The notes under the pieces were generated by a model. The model was given only the letters and a program-made list of their open reading frames with translations. It was not told the origin of the DNA and made no database searches. From Eledone cirrhosa (taxonomy: Eukaryota): 64,000 nucleotides of DNA. Below, piece after piece: positions 40,100 through 54,821 of this stretch (its first letter is position 1; the number at the start of each line of letters is the position of its first letter). A program made the position numbers and the translations under genes. Location: positions 94,798,001-94,862,000 of the forward strand of contig OZ024740.1 of NCBI GenBank assembly GCA_964016885.1, read 5' to 3'.

Positions 40100-40700
40100 C
40101 AATCAAAAATATAACAGAGTGTCATGTTCCTGGATGCAACGGTTGGGACTGAAGAAGCAAACCAATTTAGAAAGCCACTAAGAAAGTTGTATCTACATAT
40201 TCAAACGGTAGAAAGACCTGGAACTCTCAAACAATCCCTGCTTAGCACAACATACCCCTTTACGAAAATCCACTTTACGAATAAGAAATGTGTTTCCTGC
40301 AGAATAAATCCTCAAATAAATTGTAATGCTAGAAATGTAGTTTATAACATAATATATACAGAGGGTACTTGCAGAACCATGACAACGACATACATAGGTG
40401 AGACAACTTGAAACATAGGAGAGAGCTATATCTACACTGTGGGGGAACTCAAAGGGCAAAAAGACGGTTCGTTACTATAAGAACGCGCCAGACACATCAT
40501 TATGGTAATATAGATAACTTAGAAATTAAAATAATATCTAAATACAGAAATGACTCAAAAGGAAGACAAATCAGAGAAGCAAATGAAATAAAACTAAGTA
40601 AACCAAAGTTGATCAGAAATAATGAACGGATTAAATAAAAATAAAAAGCATACACAAACTCACAAGGCTGATCTAAGGTAAATATAAATAAATATATGGT
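40100..40700 (+). mobile_element. PLE GIY-YIG fragment, opposite orientation
   Basis: CVSC...NCNARNVVYNI...YIGETT* and RQIREANEIKLSKPKL. Confidence 0.75.
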
Positions 40701-42921
40701 GGATTTAATATGAGAGAGAACAGCAGGCAGCTTCGATGTATTTAATTTATGTAGTGATGAAACCACGCTGAATTTATTTGATTATAATTGTGACTGGTCT
40801 GTTCAATAGTTGGAGCATTATACTTGATTGTTCCTTTACGACACTTAAGTAATTCAAATAAAAATCATATAAATAATAGCAGTAATTCAGCTATTATCAT
40901 TCTTTATAAAAAAAATAAAGCGTTTGCGTGTATGCATGCGAAAAGTTGATGTGTGCATCTGTGCACATAGATTGGTTTACAGTCACTGTACCTATATCAA
41001 TCCATTGTAATAGAATTAGTAACTGAACTCGTATATATGTACAGCGGTGCATATATATGGTTTGAAGTGATATGTGAATGTATATATAAATGTGTTTTAT
41101 CTTGTAAGATGTTATTATATTTAAGTTTAATGTTTCCATTCATCCCTACATGGTCGATAGATAACGCTAACATTTCTCACTGTACACGGATAGAATGTAA
41201 CACGAATATACATAAGTACTCGCTATTATATGTATATGTATATTGGTTTAAGTATATAAGTATGTATTTGTGACCAAGTGCAGATTTTCCTGAAACGTGT
41301 ATATGTAGGCATGGATTCGGTAATAGTTGCATACTTACCCACGTGTGTTTAGACATATGGATATTTGTTTGCAGTGATAATATATAAAAACGTGAATGCG
41401 TGTACACCTTTATTCATTTAATATTAAAATATTGTGTACAGAAGTGTATGCGAATATACATGTAGCTTCTTCAAGGTTCCTACTGCAATTAATTCTCATA
41501 CAAGATCTCATATCGAAATATTATAAATTAAACATGAAGATCTAAAAGGAAACAATTATCTCAACATACTCTATGATTAAAATTACTGTAATTGCAACAT
41601 TAAAAGCATGTTAATATGTATTGGTTTTGCCATCATCTGAGAGATATTATTCCACAAACTAACACTCACGAAAAAACAGATTTCATATTAGTACGAACCC
41701 ATTAATAATTAAATATTATATATAATGGAATAACGTTTAGGAAAATAAATTAACACTCACACACAAATACATATTTAACCATATGAATATATACATAGAA
41801 TTGTAGTTTTATATTGCAGAATGTGTATAACATGCATAGGAATATATACAAGACGGCTAAGCGAAACTCAAATGGAATATTAAAACAGTATCAAAGCATA
41901 CTAGATCAATCAAGCTATTTCGAATTATAATAAAATCATTCATTTCCTAATACCAACCACCGCCAACATTCTTCCCTTCTCATAACATTTATCACATCAA
42001 AATCGCCCACAGATATTTCAGAAGAAAAATGATAGTCGCTAATTTGATTAGAGGAGTTTTTTAGAAACATGTTATCTATGTTGAAAGAAAATGAAGAAAT
42101 AATGTTATTTACTTCATAAATATTGAGGCGTTTTGTAACCAGAAATGACATATCATATATATTTCAAACTTCACACACTCACACTGCAATCATCTATCCA
42201 TCATTCTTTCTTGTTTTCTCCCTCTCTCCCTCTCTTTCTAACCCCATCTCTCTCCTTCGCTCAATATATATACATATATACCTCATTATATATGCCTTAT
42301 TATCAGGATATTCTGTTCTACTTTTAATCAATTTCCTATTCGATAGTTTGTTTCAAACCTCTTGCTGGACGTGGGTGTATATGTATGCACATATGCAAAA
42401 TGAGACATACAATGATTTCCGTATGTATCTACATTAAACTTTATCTGATTGATACTTTCCAGATGACATATACGTTCTGGTAATTATGAAGTTTATATTG
42501 TTTTATTAAATTACTATATATTATAGACAATGTTATCCAAAGTTTTCTTTTTGTTTCTTACAGATAATAAAGCTTTTGACTTTGATCTTCGTATTTCCGG
42601 TTTTTAAACGTTATATATAAGAATGTATATTATTTTTAAGTTTAATTTTTCATATTATTGTTCTCTTCTCTAGGAAATAAAAAAAAATACACATTATTTC
42701 TTGATAGAGAAAAATTGAATCATATATATTGTTTAACTTAAGAATATATTGGATTGATTCTTTAGTTATGTGAAAACGTTTTATCTACCATCAGTAGACG
42801 TGAAGGAATTGATATTTGCAGTTTTTGTAATATTATCTATTATTGTAACGTTTCCTCCTATTTTGCAGATGTGTATATCCTTATACATTTTTCGATATTA
42901 GTAAAATGTTATTTCAACATT

Positions 42922-43011
<90 letters not shown>
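42922..43011. repeat. (CTA)n microsatellite (another at 44196-44278)
   Basis: Read directly from the sequence. Confidence 0.95.
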
Positions 43012-43272
43012 TTTGTATTTCTACTACAACAGAACATGTAAAATAATTTAATTAGTTCATGAAATTGGTTTCTCTATATTATAAAGATTTATTAAAATCG
43101 GAGATGATTAAAAAAAATTGAAATATGTTTACAGAAACATATTATTTCACGTTTTAAATATGACACCGTGCGTATCGATATATTTACCTTTATGTTTTTG
43201 GGGGGATTACTAATATAGATCTTAAACTACCTGTGAATTTGATGTATCTTGTTTAATACATTTTAGATCCCG

Positions 43273-43332
<60 letters not shown>

Positions 43333-44193
43333 ACACTCCCACACACACACACTGACCCTTTTACATAGATGAGTTTTTGACAATACTTGAGTTTTACACT
43401 CTTATCCAAATATTGGAAGCCAGTAAATACCGGTTGTGCCATCTATGAACGATAAAAGTAATAGGCTATTCTAGCCACTATTTGAAAAATATCTATATTG
43501 AAATATCTATCACATGGTACACATCAAACTGGATGTAAATAAATATCGCCCAAGATTATTGTTTCGATTTACAATAGCAAATAAAAACGCATTCACTTGC
43601 AGCAGGCTCTGATATTTTTATAATTTTTTTTATGATTTTATATTAACTCACTTACCAGTTAACTTTACCTGAGTGATGTTTTAGCGATTAAAAATATAAG
43701 AGCGTAATTTGCCAATTTTGGATACACTTTTTGTTAGTCATGTTTTCAATACCATCTTCTATTCAGAATGTTAAGATGTTTATTTATTTTTTTTTGTTTT
43801 TTAAGGCAATGTTTCACCACATTGCTTTTTTATTTTATCTGCTTACCGAGAAAAATCGCTTTGAGTGTGATCTTTGATATTTCCGTTTCTTCTGAATCTT
43901 AATTATATATTATTTAAACTTATTTTTAAATAATGTTTTTGTTATTATCATAGTCGTGTATAGGAAATAAATACAATAATGATATTTTGTTCATATTTTT
44001 GGTTTCTATTGATATTATTGTAAGACGGTTGAAAAAGAAAAATAACGAATTAATTTAGTTGTTGATGTTTGGGTTATCTACTGAAATACCTTTTGACTAA
44101 AAAAGTATTTAAACATTTCGTGAACTTTCATTACTTTCTTTTATTACGATTATATTTTTCAAAACATACAACTCTAAATCTTACTTATATAAA

Positions 44194-44261
<68 letters not shown>

Positions 44262-44400
44262 TTACTACTACTACTACTAAGCGAAGACGACGACGCCGAC
44301 GGATCCTGCTACAAAATTAGCATCTTGCTGTCGATATAACCACACATTTTTACCTCATCTTAACATTTTTTAAGAATCTTAACAAATACAAGAACACACA

Positions 44401-44510
<110 letters not shown>

Positions 44511-44519
44511 ATTTATAAC

Positions 44520-45035
44520 TTGATAGAGCATCTAGTCCCATACTTACACCCCCTCCCACACATATACACACACAGACACACAAACGCTTACACCGCCACT
44601 TATTCTCTCTATCAGACACACATACACACACAAAGACCAGTTCTAACACGAGAGAACATATATCACCCACATTTACGTATAGACATATCTTCTCACACTC
44701 ACACACACATACTTACACATTCTCACATTCTCCCACAATCTTAAACAGGCATGTACGAAAGCCCCTTTTAAAGGGAGACTACTCTTTATCCACCAAACCT
44801 AAATGTTGACATTACAGATATAACAGATACGCTATACCATTTCCTGTCAGCATGACTTGGCAAGCTATTTAGAACACTGGTTTAACCGCTTTACTTACCT
44901 CCGAAAAGAGATATTATCTCCAAAATTAAGGACGTTTAAATAAATCTAAGGTAAAAGACTAATTGTCAACAATATCTTTTGCATTTGCATTTTTATTCTA
45001 TGTCCATACCTGCATTGTTTAGGCTTTACAAATTC
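44520..45035 (+). mobile_element. Solo PLE 3' UTR/terminus
   Basis: Reverse-complement match to ~60660-61200, which lies downstream of a GIY-YIG fragment. Confidence 0.75.
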
Positions 45036-45074
45036 AAACGTTTATATATATATATATGGTAATAATAATAAAGT

Positions 45075-45385
45075 TGAAGACTAAAATCCAAAGAGAGCTC
45101 GATAAGGATAAATATATATCAACTATATAAGAACCGTAGAGCAAATATTTATTAAAGTAAAAGATGAAAGTGTAAGCAAATAATCGCTGCTTTCACCCTT
45201 AACGGGATCTTCTGAACCTAACAATGTCAATCTGTGAACGCTGAAGTGAATATTTAAAAAAACGTTGCAACCGGAGGAAGACAGGAAGGCAATACATTGG
45301 TTCGTGGAAACGTTCCCTGGCAAAGAACGGGAAAAAACGAATATAATACGTCATTATTTGGAGCAGTGAAAAACAATACAAATAA
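45075..45385 (-). mobile_element. Short interspersed element with CAGAAGA...GAAA HHR-like motif
   Basis: Matches 50470-50720 and 63825-64000. Confidence 0.7.
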
Positions 45386-45479
45386 ATACATACACGTATA
45401 TGGATGCGTGTATGTATTTATTTAATTTCAATAACCTCTGTGTTTTATATGCTTCATTCATAACTCTAAAGCCGAGAAT

Positions 45480-45884
45480 CATTCGTGTACATACTTATAA
45501 TTAAGTAACTGCCGTACAAAGAGTGGGACATGAAATTTCGTTTCATTTTTTCCGTTTAACGTTTTCGGTGCACCCGACCAATTAACCCACTCGATATGTA
45601 AATTGGGCTAGCCAGCCGTTAATATGCATAAGGTAAGTATACACATTCAACAATCTGGCAGGAAGGTATACGTTGCTGACGATAGCTAATAAGCTTGTAA
45701 CTATTACAGCGTTCCTTTGTCAGTGTTGAACAAAAGAGCAACGATTGTTGCTAGACACTACGGCTTAATAGGGGATGTTTGTTTACAAACACACCGAGCA
45801 TGATAATAAATGTTCGGTGAATCCATACGTACATATATATTTATATATATGTGTGCATGTATATATATATATATATATATATAT
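45480..45884 (+). repeat. Dispersed, degenerate copy of the ~440-bp retrozyme-like unit
   Basis: Colinear with 2990-3400. HHR at 45655-45723 has GAAA mutated to GTAA and a disrupted stem I. Confidence 0.88.
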
Positions 45885-47631
45885 CCCCACCCTCCTTCGC
45901 CTCGCCGAGCTGGTCCTCACCCTAAATTGTTTCTCCTTCTCGGGTGAGTTTTACCAACAGGTCACGTGGGTAGCCATGGGCACAAGAATGGGCCCGAACT
46001 ATGCCAACCTTTTTGTTGGCCATGTTGAGGCCCAAATATTTGCCCAGTACACCGGCCCCACGCCCGAACTGTACGGTCGTTACATTGACGACTGTATCGG
46101 AGCCACGACCCTCACCCGAGTACAGCTCGACTCCTTTCTCTCCTTCTTCTGATCCTTCCACCCCTCCCTCCACTTCACCACCTCTATCTCCACCACCCAC
46201 GTCCACTTCTTGGACATCTCCGTCACCTTCGACCACTCCCACCACTCCCTCGTCACCTCCGCCTTCTTCAAACCCACCGACTCCCACTCTTACCTCGACT
46301 TCACCTCTTCCCACCCCACCCACACTAAACTCTCCATTCCCTACTCCCAACTTCTCAGGATCCGCCGCCTCTGTAGTCGAGATGCTGACTTCGAGTCCCA
46401 GGCCCTTGCCCTAGTCAGCCATTTCATCCGCAGAGGTTACCCCCACTCTCTCGTCCACACCGCTCTTACCCGCGCCCGTGCTATCCCCCGCTCCACCACC
46501 CTCACCTCACGCCACCGCACACCCACCCACCGTCTCCCCTTCCCCATCACCTACCATCCCTCCACCTTACCCCTCCACCGCACCATCCGCCGCCTCTTCC
46601 GACACCTCCAGTCCGACCCCTCCACCTCCCACATATTCCCAACCCCACCACTCCCCTCATTAAAACGCGCACGCAATCTCCGCACTCTCTTCGTCCACAG
46701 CCCCCCCCCCCCCCCACCCCCCCAACCCCCCCCCCCCTGTTCCTTCCGCTGTTCTAGGCCCCGCTGCAACACCTGTCCCCACATCAGCAACACCACCACC
46801 TTCCAGGGTCCCAACGGCCACCCACTCTCGGTTCGGCATGCCTTCCGCTGCACCTCCACCAACCTAGTCTACGGACTTCGTTGCACGAGGTGCAGCGCGA
46901 CTTATGTCGGACAGACGGGACGCCGCCTGGCGGACCGAGTCACGGAGCACCTCCGGGACATTCGTCTCGGGGGCAGTTCCCCCATCGCCCGCCACTTTGG
47001 TGGCCCTGGACACTCCGCACGCCATCTCACAGTCTGTGGTCTACTCCAGTGCCACGGAACACCCGCCCATCGCCTTACGGTCTAATAACGCACTATCTTC
47101 ATCTTACAGACCCACACTCCTCCCGGCCTGAACTCCCCACCCTTATTCCTTTAGCTTTCGACCGCCCCCCTCCCCCGACTTATCCCCCACTAACACCACT
47201 AACACACCCTTCCTTTTCACCGCCCACCCCACACTAACAATACTAAGACCTCCACTCCACCCCTCATCTGACCACCCTTCCCCAACTAACATACTAACAT
47301 CCCTTCCCTCCCCTCTTCTCCTCCTCCCCCCTCCTTATCACCCGCACACACTTACACCACCCACCCCACACGCAACTAACATCACTAACACCCTCCAACC
47401 CCACGCACACGTACCCACACACCCTCGTACACCAACAACTCTACACACCCTACCCCCACTAACCCCCACTCACACCTGCATTCCACCCCTCCCCACCTCC
47501 CGTCTACTAACACCCACTAACACTTCCTCACCAAACTACACACACACCAGTACACCACACTCCCTCCATAGAACCACACACACCCTTCTCTCCCCACTCC
47601 ACACTCACTCATCCCACTAACACCCCTACTA

Positions 47632-47671
<40 letters not shown>

Positions 47672-48624
47672 CCTCCTCACTCCAACTCTCACACCTACCC
47701 ATCCTCGCCTCCCTACCATTCCGCTGACTGCTGCTATGCCCTTCCGACCACTGTCTCAGCACCAACTGACCACAGCACTTCCACTGCTGATCACTTCCTG
47801 TTGCGCGCGCACCCCACATCTCTCCTCTTCCGACCACCGCTTCTTGGATTACCCACACGCGTTCGACTTCCAACCAAAATCTCCATACATCCGTGTAACT
47901 TACCACTTTCAACCATCCTCTAACACCATCACCTATATAACTCACCCACACACACATCCCAAAACAATTTTTTTTATCCACACGCCACCCACACCCACAA
48001 CACGCTTAAACCACACACACGTGCTTCCCACCACATATTTACACCCTCAGCCCCCTGATTCCTCTCCCCCCACCCCCATATCCACACACGCACAGACCCT
48101 CCGACACACAAAAACACCCCCCACACACACCTTCCTGAACATGCAACCCCGTTCTTCCCCCAACCCTCACTTTCACATACACAGACACACACACACACGC
48201 ACACCTAACCACACACACCACCTTCAGCCCTCCCCGCTCGGACACCCCGTCTCCCTCTCCCCACTCCAGCCGCCGCCACCTCTACTCACCCCACACCCTT
48301 CCACCACCTGTTTACCCCCCTTTTAATTTCAGTTTATTTTGATCATGCCTTTATTTTTAAATGTTCTCATTCCTTGTATTTTGATCATGCTTTATTTTTA
48401 TTTATTATTTATTATATTTTTGTCTCTATTTGTTAATTTTTCATTCGCACCGTTTCCTTTCGCTATATGTCTCTCCACCACTCCCCTACACACCTTTTGA
48501 ACTCTCACCTGAAGAAGGGCTTATGCCCGAAACGTCGTCCTCCACCTACCCCCCACTCTCCTGACCGTGAATTTAATAAACATTTGTCGTACTGCCTCTC
48601 TGTTCTGTCCCTGTTCAATTTTTC

Positions 48625-48628
<4 letters not shown>
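45885..48628 (+). mobile_element. 5'-truncated, C-rich Penelope-like element (Neptune-like) inserted in (AT)n
   Basis: AMGTRMGPNYANLF, RYIDD, FLDI, KPTDSHSYL, SIPYSQ, CSRPRCNTC, NLVYGLRC..C...YVGQTGR.L..R..EH. Long C/A-rich UTR and HHR-like motif near the 3' end. Confidence 0.92.
48509..48539 (+). ncRNA. Minimal HHR-like motif of the PLE terminus (stem I not evident)
   Basis: CTGAAGA a gggc ttat gccc GAAA cgtcg TC. Confidence 0.7.
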
Positions 48629-48696
<68 letters not shown>

Positions 48697-48718
48697 TATA
48701 TATATATATATATATATA

Positions 48719-48760
<42 letters not shown>

Positions 48761-48857
48761 AATTAAAATACTAGAGTGTGTTGGAGTTAAACACCCACTT
48801 CATATTATAGAAATGACAGTATAAGATATAGCTCAATGTAATTAAACAGAGCCGAAG

Positions 48858-49602
<745 letters not shown>

Positions 49603-49739
49603 TATAAACATAGGTATGTATTTTTGAAGATAATTTGATTGTGAATGTACTAGCAGTACACACATATTGTGAGAATGCGGGGTAAAAAGAACACCCCCAT
49701 GTAACTAGGGAACTTCAGCGAGATAGTTCAACGAGGAAT

Positions 49740-50460
49740 ATGACGTGGGCAATTATGTGTAATTGAATCATTGTTCCATTTTCCTTCAATGAGACATCCG
49801 TTACTGCAAATGTTTACTTTGAACATTTGACAGAATATGTGGCATAACAACTAGATGGCCTTCAACCAGCCATCAATTTCCAGCCTACATGGTGCACCAC
49901 TCCATTGGGGACTTCATGTTCGTTGGTTCCTAAATTAAATATTTCCAGAGCGGTGCAGTGGAAGAGAAGACCCAAATATCTGGCCAGCTTTTTCATCTGA
50001 TATCACTCTCCTGAACTTCTTTCTATGGTGTACTATTAAAGATAGCATGTATTGAACACAGTACGGGGCATCACTGATGTAAATCAAAATATAACAGATG
50101 CCATTGCCACCATTGATGAGGCTATGCTACTGTGAACATGGCACGAAATTGAGTACCGTCTTGATGTGCTTTGTGCAACCAATGATGCCCATATAGAAGT
50201 ATATTAAATAACCGTATGTCCGCAAGGCGCTTCCTCCTCGAGGATGCAACATAATTTGAGAACAAAAAATGAAAAAAATAAAAAAAACATTCGGCAACCT
50301 GAACACAGTAGATTTTGAGAATTATTTTAGGAAAAAGGCAGCTTCTTGGATGCCGGGAGTTATGGTTTTTAAAAGCAACTGCAATATCTCCACAACTGCA
50401 ATATCTCCACTTATTTGGCAACAAATTCCCCATATTTGTCTGTACATTTAGTTTTGTAAT
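49740..50460 (+). mobile_element. Decayed Tc1/mariner-type transposase C-terminus
   Basis: Fragments read as FQ..GAP.HW, FPER..GRE, WPA.S.DIT.L.FFLW and EIEYRLDVLCATNDAHIE. Confidence 0.75.
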
Positions 50461-50469
50461 AATATATAT

Positions 50470-50875
50470 ATATATATATATATTTATTAAAATAACAGAT
50501 TAAAGTGTAAGCAAATAATCGCTGCTTTCACCCTTAACGGGATCTTCTGTAACTAACAAAGTCAATCTGTAAACGCAGAACTGGATATTTCAAAAAACGT
50601 TGCAACCGGAGGAAGACAGGAGACGATACTTTGGTTCGTGGAAACTTTCGCTGGCAAAGAACGGGAAAAAACGAATATAATACGTCATTAATAGGAGCCG
50701 TGAAAAACAATTACACGCAAAGACAGAACCACGTTTATGGTATAAAAGAGGTCGTAGACTAATGTTCTCTTAGGTGGTGCATAGAGACGTTCTCTGGCAA
50801 TGAACGAAAAAACGAATATAATACGTCATATGTGGAGCGTGGAGAACAATAGCACGCAAAGACACAACCACGTAA
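50470..50875 (-). mobile_element. CAGAAGA-family short element with an internal ~125-bp duplication
   Basis: Matches 45145-45380. ctggcaa.gaacg..aaaacgaatataatacgtcat occurs twice. Confidence 0.7.
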
Positions 50876-51037
50876 ATATATATATATCTGTTAGAACACG
50901 AAAAGTGTGATACAACAGAATGTTCACTTTTGGTGTTCTAACATATATGCCTAACTTCTTCATAAATTTTCCGGGGATAGCCGTGGTGGTGGTGATCGTA
51001 TGTCATTGGCTAATTTTCAACCAATCAGAGTAAGTGT

Positions 51038-51095
<58 letters not shown>

Positions 51096-51599
51096 TATTC
51101 CCCTTCTCTCTATATATATCTTACGCTTTCGCTTTACACTCCTCCCCTTCAATAACACATTTCCCCCTCTCTATATATATCTTATACTGTTACACTTATA
51201 TTTCCATTTATTTATTACCCCCTCTCTCTATATCTCTTCCACTGTTACTTACGCCTGTTTCTCTCTATCTGTTCCGTCTCTATATATATCTCTCTTACTC
51301 TTTCGCTTTGCACTCCTCCCCTTCAATACCATCTCCCCCCCTCTCTATATATTTGTTACTCTATCGCTGCACGCTCCTCTCCTTCAATATATCAATTACA
51401 CACGCTTTACACTCCTTTATCCCCAGCTCCCCTATATATACACCCCCCCCGCATCTATATTTTAATGTTCCGTTGCACCGTGAATATATGTGTCTATATA
51501 TATATACATATATATTGTATATACACATTCATGTATGTGTATACACACTCATGTATGTATATACACTGGTTTTATGTGTGTATTGTAAATGTGTACTGT

Positions 51600-51703
51600 T
51601 AAAACACGAAACTAACATTCGATTGACACTTTGTTTACCTGTACAGGCAATAGTTATTAGAATGCTGTTGAAGTGTGTATATATTTTGGGGGGACATCCT
51701 GTA
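51600..51703. mobile_element. Tc1/mariner-type terminal inverted repeat end
   Basis: Ends ...ttttggggggacatcctg|TA. Confidence 0.5.
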
Positions 51704-52057
51704 TATACACACATTATATATAATACAATAAACAGATAAATACACACATATATATATGAGCTTATTTAATTATAAATATTGTGAATTTTTAACTCAGTTC
51801 AATTATATATATAAATGGCTTCTACAGGACTAGAACTGTTTCATTCGAAAGAAATCATCAAAATATTGAGAGGGGGGACTAGATAAAATATTTCAAATCA
51901 AATGTGTATAAGTTATAAGTTAAAATGTATAAATAGAGACGATAGTGGAGGTATATCTGTTTAGTGGAACAGTAGACGATAGAATTAAATACAGACGAGA
52001 ATCTCCCTTTTAATGAAACAGCAGACGATAGAATTAAGGCAATTTAAATGTTAAGCA

Positions 52058-52118
52058 TTTGCCGTTTTGCCTTTCATCGTTACGGGGTCGATAAAATAAA
52101 GTACCAGTAATACACTGT
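52058..52118 (+). mobile_element. SINE body fragment
   Basis: tttgcctttcatcgttacggggtcgataaaataaagtaccagtaa. Confidence 0.75.
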
Positions 52119-52484
52119 CACTATAAGTAGACGACTTTCAAATTGAATTGTTGGTTCCATTTCTTTAGTATTTTCAATTGTAGTTATCTACTTAAAAAGC
52201 GTTACACGGTTAGAGACATAATTGGTAAGTTATATCTTCCCTATTAAACCATTGCATTATTTCGCCTACAATAGAACAAAAATGAAATGTTCTTTAAAGA
52301 AACAGGAATATAACTTTATAAAAAAAAAGTTGCATCCGCTTCTTTTATCATTGATAATTTTTTCGTTTTAATATTAATTGTTTTTTGTAGTTGTTTATAT
52401 TAAAAATCTTACTGTAATATTTACTTAAACGAAGGCAGACATCTAAACTTATAGATTAATCTTGAGCGAAGGACTAGATAAATA

Positions 52485-52535
<51 letters not shown>

Positions 52536-52859
52536 GAAGAATGATAACATTTCAAGCAAATAGTTTAATTAGGTAATGACTTACAAATTTGTTTCAGTAT
52601 ATATTTAATATAATATTAATATATTTTGTAATATTATTAACTAATTATTATAATTAGCGCTTCAGGCTTTGTCTATATACTGAAACAAATTTTTAAGTCA
52701 TTACCTAATTAAACTCTTTGCTTGAAATTTTATCACTCTTCGTTTTGAATTTCTCCTTAGTATTCAATACTCTGTTGAGAAATACATTTTACATAAACAG
52801 TCTTTGTACCATTCATACGGTATTAATTACTTATGTTTATATATATATATATATATAGC

Positions 52860-52998
52860 GTATGATTAGAACTGTGTTTATTATTAATATTTTAATGGAT
52901 TTAATGAAAAATTTTAGGTGTTCATATATATATTCTAAAAATGCGCGAAATCGTGAATCCGCGATAGTTGAACCGCCAAGTAGCGAGGTATCACTGTA
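52860..52998. mobile_element. Tigger/pogo-like DNA transposon end
   Basis: ccgcgatagttgaaccgc..gtagcgaggtatcactg|TA. Confidence 0.55.
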
Positions 52999-53694
52999 TA
53001 TATGTTTAAATATATAGTGTAGCTGTGATGTATCTCGCGAGTGAATCGTGACCTGTCACTGATTTTGGTGTCCCCACTGCCGATGTGAATGAGCAACGCT
53101 GCACTTGTGAATTGGGTCTTGATGTTGCAGACAGTTCATATACTTACAATGATGCGGTCCCACAAGCTTGTTCACATTCCTGTGCTAATAATCTAGATGG
53201 GCGTATTAAATTGGATGTGAAAGCAGCTTACCGGATGCGGAATCGGGAGAAGTTGAGACAAAAACAGGCCGATTATAGAGCTGTGAATTTTGCTAAATTA
53301 ACACAAAAACAGGCCAAGTATAGATGTCCAAAACGGTATGAGTTGGCAAACAAGCAGGCCAAGTATAGATCTGCAAATTCAGCTATTATATCTCAAAAGC
53401 AAGCCGAGCGTAGAGCTTCTAAACGTACCGAGTTGGCTAAAGAGCAGACCAAGTACAGATCTGCAAATATCTTATTGCACAAACAATAATTCTGCACAAA
53501 TGTTGCTCCATTATTAGATCTAATGTTGCAACGATACAGTTAAATGTTGTCTGTGTATTTTAAAAAAGATTTGCTTATAATCTTTTCAAATTTCATTACG
53601 CCAATGATTCAAGCTCAAATTGACATTATCTAAAAACTTGTACAAACAGCGGTGGATTAGCAGTAGTGAACAGATAAATCAGTCAATTTATTAA

Positions 53695-54345
53695 GATTGA
53701 CTTGGCATCAGTCAGCAATACCTTCATTAGCTGCTCTCCAGCCATCTATCTAAAGCTGTATACATCTATGGTACGAATACACTTGGAGTTCGCGTCATCA
53801 GTCTGGAACCCCTATCTTGCTCAGAACATTGATTTCCTGGAAACTGTTCAGAGACATGCAACCAAGCGCATACCCTCCATCAGACACCTACCATACCCTG
53901 AATATTTTGCTTCCCTCTGGCAATGGACTTGGTAAACACCCACAAAGTTATTAACCATCCGACCAACAACAACCCCGAACACCTTTTTGATCTCCATGTG
54001 TCTAACACGTGGACATGCCTACAAAGTCAGAAAACAACACAGCTCCCATGACTTTAGGAAATATTTCTTCATGCTCAGAGTTGCTGAAGGATGTAACAAA
54101 CTTCCTGCATCAGTTGTTAGCTGATGACACACTGCATCCTTTAAAACCATCATACATTCCGAAATACACCAAAACTACACCTGATGTCCCCCTTCCATAC
54201 ACATGCACATATGTGTATATCATGACTCATGCACTGTTCTTTTTTCCTGACGTTTTTATATTACCCTATGTATTATATATGCACTTTTGATGAGTTGTAG
54301 TGCACCTCAGCATTGTACACAATATTTTCATTATTATTATCTTTA
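53695..54345 (+). mobile_element. CR1/L2-type LINE 3' fragment
   Basis: LYTSMVRIHLEFASSVWNPY...LETVQRHATKRIP...LPY, followed by an (ATT)n tail. Confidence 0.85.
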
Positions 54346-54821
54346 TTATTATTACACTCATTGATCCATTTTGCACTAACTCTGCATCAAGCACCCTCAC
54401 CTAAATATTAACCAATCAAGGATCCAATACAGCTATCTGTTGGATGAGTATTGTATAGTGCCAAAAACGAAACCAATCAGTTTAGCAGAAAGTTTCCAGA
54501 CAAGAAACACGCATATTTTGCTATCCTCAAACACGTTTACACATGGCATGAAATATAACTAATCCGAGATGGCTAGGTTTCATCTTCTAACTGGATATAC
54601 GAAATCCATTATGTCTTGACAACAACATGAGGTAACATTATGTTATTCACAGACACACTTTGTACACTGTTCCATATCAGAATGTATTTCCTTCGTCACA
54701 TTCACAAACAGTATTGAAAATATGTTCTTCGGCAAATAAAAATGTTTTGTTCATAATATTTCAACTAGCGATTGCTCTACTCCATGCACGACCACCATAA
54801 ATTAATGACCAGCTCAATACA

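Noticed and set aside
47517-48326. 196-aa and 154-aa ORFs in the PLE 3' region
   Set aside because: Low-complexity C/A-rich UTR that is depleted of stop codons by composition.
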